DNA of 64,000 nucleotides from Giardia intestinalis (Eukaryota): NCBI GenBank assembly GCA_000002435.2, contig CM018789.1; one strand, 5' to 3'. Shown piece by piece: positions 59,301 to 64,000 of this stretch (position 1 is its first letter; each line of letters starts with the position of its first letter). The notes under the pieces were generated by a model. It saw only the letters and a program-made list of their open reading frames with translations, ran no database searches and was not told where the DNA came from. The position numbers and the translations under genes were made by a program.

Positions 59301-62077
59301 TTTGCCACCGCTCTGCGCATGGCGGTACGTGTGTATGGGGCCAAAAAACCGATTGATGGGAGAGCTATAGTGTTTGGGAGTGGTTGATTAAAAGAATTAG
59401 GTAGTAGCACATCTGGTAGAAATACCGCCTCCGGTATTACGGGGAACAGATGCAGAAATACATTATCACTTGTACGAGGGGTTGTTTTTTCTCGGACAGC
59501 TGGTGAGGTGTCAGACTGTGAGTTATCTGTATCCCACCGGCTTCTGAATTCCCTACGAGGAGCAATACTGGCCCGCCTGTACGACTCTAAGGACATAAAG
59601 TTCAGTAGCACAGGATCTTGTAGGACTTTGAGTGATATGTCTGCAAAGCATGACGCCTTGTTGTTTGTGCACAGCGAATCATAATTAGCAGTGTTAAGAA
59701 CCTCTTCAACGGGATAGGGCTGGGTGGTCCGTATGTCATAGGCGAGACTATAAATCAGTAGCTTCATCAGTATGTAGACAAGCTCCGGTCTGGGAAGAAC
59801 CTCGAAGAAGTAACTGTTCTCACAAATAATGTCATGCCTAGCGCCCCTCAGCAAGCCCTGAACAGAGCAGCGCAATCTGTAAGGTAAAGGAAGCAGATTA
59901 TAGCATGGGGGCAGCAGTTCATAAATGCTGTGGTGCGGGCTTTTAGCTATCGAGTGAGACTGTAGGAGATTAACGAACATATCTGTATTGATCAGCTCAG
60001 AGATAAAGATGTCTTGTGGGATGTCTGTGAAGAAGTCCTGTGTTGAAAACGCATCATTGTACCCCGTCACTTGATTGATAAAGAAGATCCGGTTATCTGT
60101 GTTGATAGTCTGGGCGTTTGTTTGCCTAGTGACGCGCACAGGCGTCGTCTTTTTCGTAGGCTTAGCGCAACGATGCTGTTCCTTTACAGAGGGATATCTG
60201 CTGGGAAGCTTAAGGGCAGCGGGCTGTGTCTCTGGATTAGTTGCGCTACTTGCCGAGGTTGAGGGAGCATCGCAAATAATCTCGTAGAAGTTACTGAGTA
60301 TACCATTTAATAGACTCAACCCAGGATTAACTAGTTCGAAAACGTGATGCTCAAACCCAAAAAATCCCATCACGGTACGCGTATAGACAATAATAGATGT
60401 GCACTCAAGACCCATGGAGTTTGCAAAATAGGACGCCATGGCGGCAAACGTTAAAATTGTTTGCAGGCATACTCCCTTGGACTTTGTGATGCTGCTATTG
60501 ACAATGTCGGCATCAACGGGATAGACAGGCTCAATTTGCTCCTTAAACATAGCGGATGCATGCGAGGAGAGATCCGTGTAGACGTAGTAAGCCTTTGTAT
60601 CCACCTTTAGCTTATGCAAGCATAGCTTAGGGCTGAAGAAGCTAGAGAGGATGTAGTCGAGTGTTGAGAATAACAGGTTGAGAAGCCCCAAGTAATTGAG
60701 CTCATCGGATAAGGTATAGACAGTCTTCGAGTTAAGCACGGACATCACCGGCCGCTGGACGTGGATCATACAGAGGAGGATGTACCGCTCGTGGATGTGA
60801 ACATTGACCTCGTACTTTACAATCGGATTGCGTTTCCTTAAGATTTCCGGATTGATCTTATTTTTTTTAGATTCGTGCAATGACTGTGACAAAGCTTCAT
60901 CGGGCATAGAAGCAGACAGAACAGAGTACAGCATACCCTGCTCATGGTTAGCATCATCATTAACATGCCTGAATGGAAGGGGTAGTAAGCACAAGGGATA
61001 TGGGAAGGCTGGATTAATGGGGGGCCTAGGAGAAAGTCCTCCACCTTGAGGATCCTTAGTAAGCATGGGAATATTTCTGGTCTGACTGTGCTGCTTCAAA
61101 TTGCTCATGGACTTCCTATGGAGGTTATAGCTCTCCGTGTCCATGAAGATAGACGACGTGGACGAGGTATACAATGTCTGCGTATAAAGGTTAGGAGTTG
61201 AAGAGGGTCCCAAGGCATACATAGAAGGAGCACTCTCAACAGAGGTTGTAGAGAGAATGGTAGGCAAGGTGTAGAGAGTATAACTTTCAAGAAATTTCCT
61301 CCTCCTAGTTGAGAGCCTGTGTTTATATGTTTGCTGAGAATAGGAAGGCATCATCCGGTATAAAAACTCCGACGGTGCAAGTGCTCGGAAGACAGACATG
61401 ACCAAATGAAGCAGGCTGTGGTTAAATGTCGTGTACTCTAGCACCTCTAGGTACGCGTCCATACGCTGAATGATGTTGCGGATAACCAGCGAGACAACTA
61501 GTGCAAACACAAGATACATGCCAAGACAGGCCAGAGACTGAAAGACGTTAGCATAGAAAAATACTGGAAGTAAGCTGAAGATGGAGCAAATATATCGGCA
61601 AAGCTCGCTGAGTGGAGAGACAGAAACGATAAGCAAATGAATCACTGCCTGACAAACATAGACAGAATACAGAATAGTAAATTCATCCGGATTGACTCCA
61701 GACAACACAGCAAAGCATGGGATAATGCCGTAGCAGACCATAAAAACATTATACCGTTGCAGAATACTGATATGCTTATTTCTGCACGAGCAGCTAAAGC
61801 GCGGATGGGGCGGGAGGAGATAAAACCCTCGAGAGCAATAGTCGCATTTATTCAATAGCCTGAGCTTCCGGAGCGCAGTAGAGCAGCATATAAGCGAGAT
61901 AATCTGTGGGAAGGCAAAAAGCATGTACCGAACCCTGGTATGATACGTCAGCTCGAAGATCGGTAGGCTGAAGAAAAGAATCAGAAAGGCCTCGAAATTC
62001 TGGATGGTGACAAGGACGTGCTGCGAGAGGATTTGCAGAAGAGGCCCCGCACCACCTAGCGCGCCAGCTAAGCGCAT
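53330..62077 (-). CDS. giant polytopic membrane protein of unknown function (2915 aa)
   Basis: Single intronless ORF from ATG at 62077. Hydrophobic helix clusters lie at the N-terminus (first about 200 aa) and again about 600-900 aa from the C-terminus. They are separated by a roughly 1500-aa Ser/Thr/Asn-rich low-complexity region. Soluble C-terminal domain. No family recognised. Confidence 0.7.
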   Translation of the reverse strand: MRLAGALGGAGPLLQILSQHVLVTIQNFEAFLILFFSLPIFELTYHTRVRYMLFAFPQIISLICCSTALRKLRLLNKCDYCSRGFYLLPPHPRFSCSCRNKHISILQRYNVFMVCYGIIPCFAVLSGVNPDEFTILYSVYVCQAVIHLLIVSVSPLSELCRYICSIFSLLPVFFYANVFQSLACLGMYLVFALVVSLVIRNIIQRMDAYLEVLEYTTFNHSLLHLVMSVFRALAPSEFLYRMMPSYSQQTYKHRLSTRRRKFLESYTLYTLPTILSTTSVESAPSMYALGPSSTPNLYTQTLYTSSTSSIFMDTESYNLHRKSMSNLKQHSQTRNIPMLTKDPQGGGLSPRPPINPAFPYPLCLLPLPFRHVNDDANHEQGMLYSVLSASMPDEALSQSLHESKKNKINPEILRKRNPIVKYEVNVHIHERYILLCMIHVQRPVMSVLNSKTVYTLSDELNYLGLLNLLFSTLDYILSSFFSPKLCLHKLKVDTKAYYVYTDLSSHASAMFKEQIEPVYPVDADIVNSSITKSKGVCLQTILTFAAMASYFANSMGLECTSIIVYTRTVMGFFGFEHHVFELVNPGLSLLNGILSNFYEIICDAPSTSASSATNPETQPAALKLPSRYPSVKEQHRCAKPTKKTTPVRVTRQTNAQTINTDNRIFFINQVTGYNDAFSTQDFFTDIPQDIFISELINTDMFVNLLQSHSIAKSPHHSIYELLPPCYNLLPLPYRLRCSVQGLLRGARHDIICENSYFFEVLPRPELVYILMKLLIYSLAYDIRTTQPYPVEEVLNTANYDSLCTNNKASCFADISLKVLQDPVLLNFMSLESYRRASIAPRREFRSRWDTDNSQSDTSPAVREKTTPRTSDNVFLHLFPVIPEAVFLPDVLLPNSFNQPLPNTIALPSIGFLAPYTRTAMRRAVAKGLTHKMSSNHDNRNVVNSRSDNQLTLAKKNDKRGCSGLTNCCTDDNTLQMLCTSSDPSFTFSVRTTTNTCTNTNSGTNITGNKWLGLTDMLSESSSSFRASNSTKNSEKRAALSTVKKNKSQLSLTRFPSLTFTARNVGNLLHINPLQMLPLPKGKWKDSNADFSSRLQFFGDPSIEMQMYDSEDSSSLTQFQGTCYSTMSRHLGTFSDILKNLSNCQTLEHIYDIEFSPIDDDCLMFYGTARHVNKTSQFSGRMSAQEYYKHVLNAHTISKESIARYQEELYDGMLILFPEANDIVPRDILLINSKLLTRQLSRSVKGFLFPNKSQSLELLSNQVSDSGKSELKAIMNLAETTTATSEEILSTDVDIIELSDKDKALPYYKDQHQRFRPRTRQISKISSISAKLARSRTRDNLMRNVPHSAISSDTLVSNIQSYNPMLLEKSTSKANLSSSSQAFGNTHTSSGHGMSKPSSDHCHSNSTTVSPVTDILGQNVVIKEVHLLSSIPPSDSTLVDLDRSDDDKSLSTLELVADSTINESSSLLLETLSTRTSEDTQLSIIRGKTDNVIAEPCQQYSQSVDHVCFNVITPSLAVNQFNPSSDSGLSSSDDSLSVSSSILSNQNGDIVQASRDSEDSLDNSIFNLVSSPLDCPALTSTTYCEATCSNGELMDSTCEIDDATNQATNPAQRASTVLSVTYQKAEECIATHTTSSPCLRDITHSMTSSSYYSQSSSDEDSTDRRYTKSLESDDDIRSVVGITNLSLVDDIIFQSTSVCNSDTHTQMDFQMDRHYSVKDLHESSGNSPFQNIKLFVKKPCTDMQNSMKIAQLSRENSLEARALVAASNQPDHQCHVALTDYMVDSRSPTPFVDSSKIPDEDVATHEASSRRTKLRFSASAIVKILFAWCFRMQRLLKGVCLGPWLRKQASTFEETESYISDKENSPTRAGLPKVDISASKQTTRHVFDSIPYLNHLFETLQSTSMLLPVFSFILYKGTKRCAFLFRLMGPNFSMLNVLFQANVLLFVIQLLVLRDNTHDNGIFDLAHNYVSTLAPIPANVLKQAFCIPLRSIMVMCLKLVIRVVELLNSKLQWALLHRICISIRGAVENILSSVALSWNSERTYFWILAQFITGKGMSISALRLIYVLVFLPTVYLIFLYYDRHARKCQTQHKIVPLELSLYALLVFINAYYIELLLNFQIIQMTRLLKTIKLCRSELKSMRDNHQLVVYTALQAACLESSVHMRGVLTKTILDFFLTLLGIVTYWFILSSVVTVPPLLLSINNIVIFICSLVMKFSVFKVAPYVLLLQALLCLFIFKYVKPFLISYILIMKAKVSILLNWYQSQRIFQFVISDHMFALLLKSLRMHENLSILKDKDGEINNEMAKNMGLRCCTLPDDSTENDVGSVSATCRRYKRLSTNNCGFIAQTHTSIRGSITDMTVFLFDSSISNRALSHRYLLYRIGDFIWNVFNEKILQPAKLYGYGIGLLSELKDPLQEHTAFGLKFVKEGDVSQLANESFSQQFSDGKCSTQLTVGTSKHICEELSHWKACPVDYFYDSTLRVSPRSASHFSPRYASSRVTQPHATLKDLRHHWKHKREDVHQLRSELKDAFAAADEFVLGYTSYNDSRTLGMRRYADVSPNSICMVISFSNLFSVEASAEGSKSTSCPGAPSSILPFRTQTNDAFYYSSIQFQIIREFIEILYLYLARFGRHIVVTLTSFYKIEMYTKCNATSCSDEMVNNVLSYVSNTQLNLLSLFKSARTMLPIAMKTLNNKYLKKIYGKEKPFISNSSLSSMNAPFGEHHRAFDSNHKLFSESMTVSVEESTAGLLSDETGASDLTNANIKYTKEELCTAVCLCDMLALGEYMRDYFVKRVRRVLSKACISIGIAHGLCIETILGNHGHPFCIHGAAVSKARYIAECVQFNSIGISDAADHIHTKLKAVLDRLVNYGSCNLDKMKERFAGKNPTLANMMSAHNLVAAYSRTLMKESYGYSVGE

Positions 62078-62129
62078 TGCAGAGATAAACGAAGAACAGA
62101 AATATTAATATTTAAAAGCTTCTGTGAGT

Positions 62130-64000
62130 TTATTGAAGAAGTCGTCTAATTATAAAGTAAAGAGCAATGCTACTACCGCCAGCGAAAGATATGGCCAAAG
62201 CTGCCCCGAGAACCACAAACTTCGCTGTGCTCATTTTTGTGGAAACACAAGCGACGATTGTACCATTATTTGTCACTGTCGTGTAACCGGCTCCGCAGCG
62301 TAGACAGACCATAGTGTCTTCAGAGCCTGCTTGGCACGTCACACAGCCCTCCATTGTTTGAATGCACATCCGACAAACATTTCCACTGATGTAATAGGAA
62401 TCGTTTGAAAGACATTCATCTGCCAACACACACATCCCGTTGAGCATATAGTAACTTGTATTGCACGATAAGCAGTAGTCTTCCGTTGGCCCCGAGCATG
62501 TAAGACACTGTGTGTGGCAAAGATGACAGCCAGGCTCATCAGACTTGTACGTGTTGAGCGAGCATGCGACGCAGTCGGCCTCTTCCGGACCAGTGCAGCT
62601 GACACACGCAGGGTGGCATGGCACACAGCGGTCCTCCAAAGCGGTGCTCCCCAGAACTAGCGCCTCACTCGAGTTGCATGTGGAATGGCAGGGCATTCCG
62701 TATGCTCCTGCGTAAGCACCACGGTAGCATTCTGTGCAGAACGTCTCCGACCTACACTCTACACAGCCACGGGGACACTTGTGCTCGCAGAGGTTACCAT
62801 CTCCGTTGTAATACCCGCTAGCACAGGCAGTGCAGTGTGCACCTGATGCCTGGGTATTACAATACCGACAATTGGCATACTGTGGCTCAGATGGGCAATT
62901 AGTGCTGGTACTAATAGTACTCTTGGCACACTTGCAATCTTCCTGTAGAGTCATACCGTCAGGACAAGTGTCACACAGTACTCCAGAGTTACACCACCAC
63001 AGCTGACTGCAAGAAAGACACTTGTGAGTATCAGGACACTTGGTGCACACGGAGTAGAACCCAATCTGTTGAAGATAGTATCCCACGTTACACACGCTGC
63101 AACTGGCGCCGTCAGAAGTACAGGATAAGCAACCATCTTCATTCTTAGTACAGATTGGTACTAAGCAGATTCCGGGTTGAGAACTGCTGGCCGATGACTT
63201 TGAATTGATGCAGGATGTGCACTTGCCTTCCTCACTACCGACGCACGTCTTGCATGAACCGTGGCAAGCTTGGCAAACCTCGAATTTTGCGCGAGTAACT
63301 TTGAAGTACCCATCTAAACATTTTGTGCAATTGCCTGATTTATCTGTGGTGCACTCCACACAATTCTTATTGTTATCGTCGTGATGATTGTTGCATCTAG
63401 GTGTCGCACATGTACCAGCAATTGGGTCCCCGAGAGGACATGACAAGCAATCCGAAGCCCCAGGACCGTTGCAAGAAAAGCAGCTCGCATGGCAAGGCCT
63501 GCAGAGTGAGTAGTCTCCGAAGGTGACCTTGTAGTACCCTTCCTCCTTGCAAGCTCGACAGCTGTTGGCCGTAGCGCATATCTGACACCCGTACGACTCG
63601 TTGCAGACAGGCTCAGGACAAGTCTTGCCACCGGTAGGCGCTGCCCCATCACTGATGCACGTTGTACACTCGTTGTTATTGGAGGCGGTGCAAGTGAGGC
63701 ACGTTTTATAGCACCGTTGACACTTTTTCTGAGTATTTAAATAGTACAGCTGATCGCATGTCTCACACTCAGATAGAGTGCCCTTGCAGGTGATGCATCC
63801 TTCCATAGGAGGACATGGAAGACACTTGCCATCAGAAAGGCCGTACCCGACAGCACATTTTGTGCATGTTGCCCCTGTCATGTCACAATCGATACAGTTC
63901 TCCATATTATTGCAACGCTCACAGACCTGGACTGAGGAGCGAGTAGTAACATGATATCCATCCTTACATCTACTACAACTTTTCCCATTACTGTCACAGG
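62130..64000 (-). CDS. high-cysteine membrane protein (HCMP, VSP-like CxxC ectodomain); 5'-partial at window edge
   Basis: Dense CxxC/CxC spacing throughout and a single C-terminal TM (VVLGAALAISFAGGSSIALYFII). The cytoplasmic tail RRLLQ is not the VSP CRGKA tail. The reading frame upstream of ATG 63905 stays open to base 64000 (…CDSNGKSCSRCKDGYHV…), so the N-terminus lies outside the window. Confidence 0.8.
   Translation of the reverse strand, partial: CDSNGKSCSRCKDGYHVTTRSSVQVCERCNNMENCIDCDMTGATCTKCAVGYGLSDGKCLPCPPMEGCITCKGTLSECETCDQLYYLNTQKKCQRCYKTCLTCTASNNNECTTCISDGAAPTGGKTCPEPVCNESYGCQICATANSCRACKEEGYYKVTFGDYSLCRPCHASCFSCNGPGASDCLSCPLGDPIAGTCATPRCNNHHDDNNKNCVECTTDKSGNCTKCLDGYFKVTRAKFEVCQACHGSCKTCVGSEEGKCTSCINSKSSASSSQPGICLVPICTKNEDGCLSCTSDGASCSVCNVGYYLQQIGFYSVCTKCPDTHKCLSCSQLWWCNSGVLCDTCPDGMTLQEDCKCAKSTISTSTNCPSEPQYANCRYCNTQASGAHCTACASGYYNGDGNLCEHKCPRGCVECRSETFCTECYRGAYAGAYGMPCHSTCNSSEALVLGSTALEDRCVPCHPACVSCTGPEEADCVACSLNTYKSDEPGCHLCHTQCLTCSGPTEDYCLSCNTSYYMLNGMCVLADECLSNDSYYISGNVCRMCIQTMEGCVTCQAGSEDTMVCLRCGAGYTTVTNNGTIVACVSTKMSTAKFVVLGAALAISFAGGSSIALYFIIRRLLQ

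Noticed and set aside
1-64000. Prokaryotic defence, CRISPR or operon-type system
   Set aside because: No direct-repeat arrays, no Shine-Dalgarno-linked operons and no cas-, RM- or toxin-like genes. Gene architecture and content are those of a compact eukaryotic (diplomonad) nuclear genome.
1-64000. tRNA or rRNA genes
   Set aside because: Intergenic gaps were scanned by eye for cloverleaf-sized GC-rich blocks and A/B-box motifs. None was convincing. A tRNAscan-SE run would be needed to be sure.

Overview
This window looks like nuclear DNA from a Giardia-like diplomonad, not a prokaryotic locus. Evidence seen directly in the sequence: about 30 intronless genes on both strands, several of them very large (3274, 2915, 1310 and 978 codons). 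Gaps between genes are only about 25 to 250 bp. Many start codons are abutted by A/T-rich initiator motifs (ctttataaaaaATG, cttatcaaaaaATG, gctaaaaATG). AGTRAAY-type poly(A) signals sit 12 to 31 nt after several stop codons. Several convergent gene pairs overlap at their 3' ends. The gene content also fits this group: a ferredoxin-nitroreductase fusion, a 900-aa Argonaute, an ankyrin-rich NEK pseudokinase and a high-cysteine membrane protein (HCMP). Gene calls I can support by eye are a VPS13-type chorein-N bridge-like lipid transfer protein (3274 aa), Fd-NR nitroreductase, an S9 serine peptidase, Argonaute with an intact DDH triad, a CFAP58-like coiled-coil protein, LRRC6/tilB, DPM1, an LSm protein, an alpha/beta hydrolase, phosphatidylserine decarboxylase, IscA, a Ulp/SENP C48 protease, a 2915-aa polytopic membrane protein and a 5'-truncated HCMP at the right edge. 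The supplied ORF track uses TTG/GTG as start codons, so I moved several starts to the first in-frame ATG. The most anomalous feature is a roughly 1.7-kb GC-rich, ORF-poor island (about 25530-27190) inside an unusually long divergent intergenic gap. I found no CRISPR array, bacterial defence system, operon structure, rRNA or tRNA. Every product call below is from motif recognition by eye, not from a database search.
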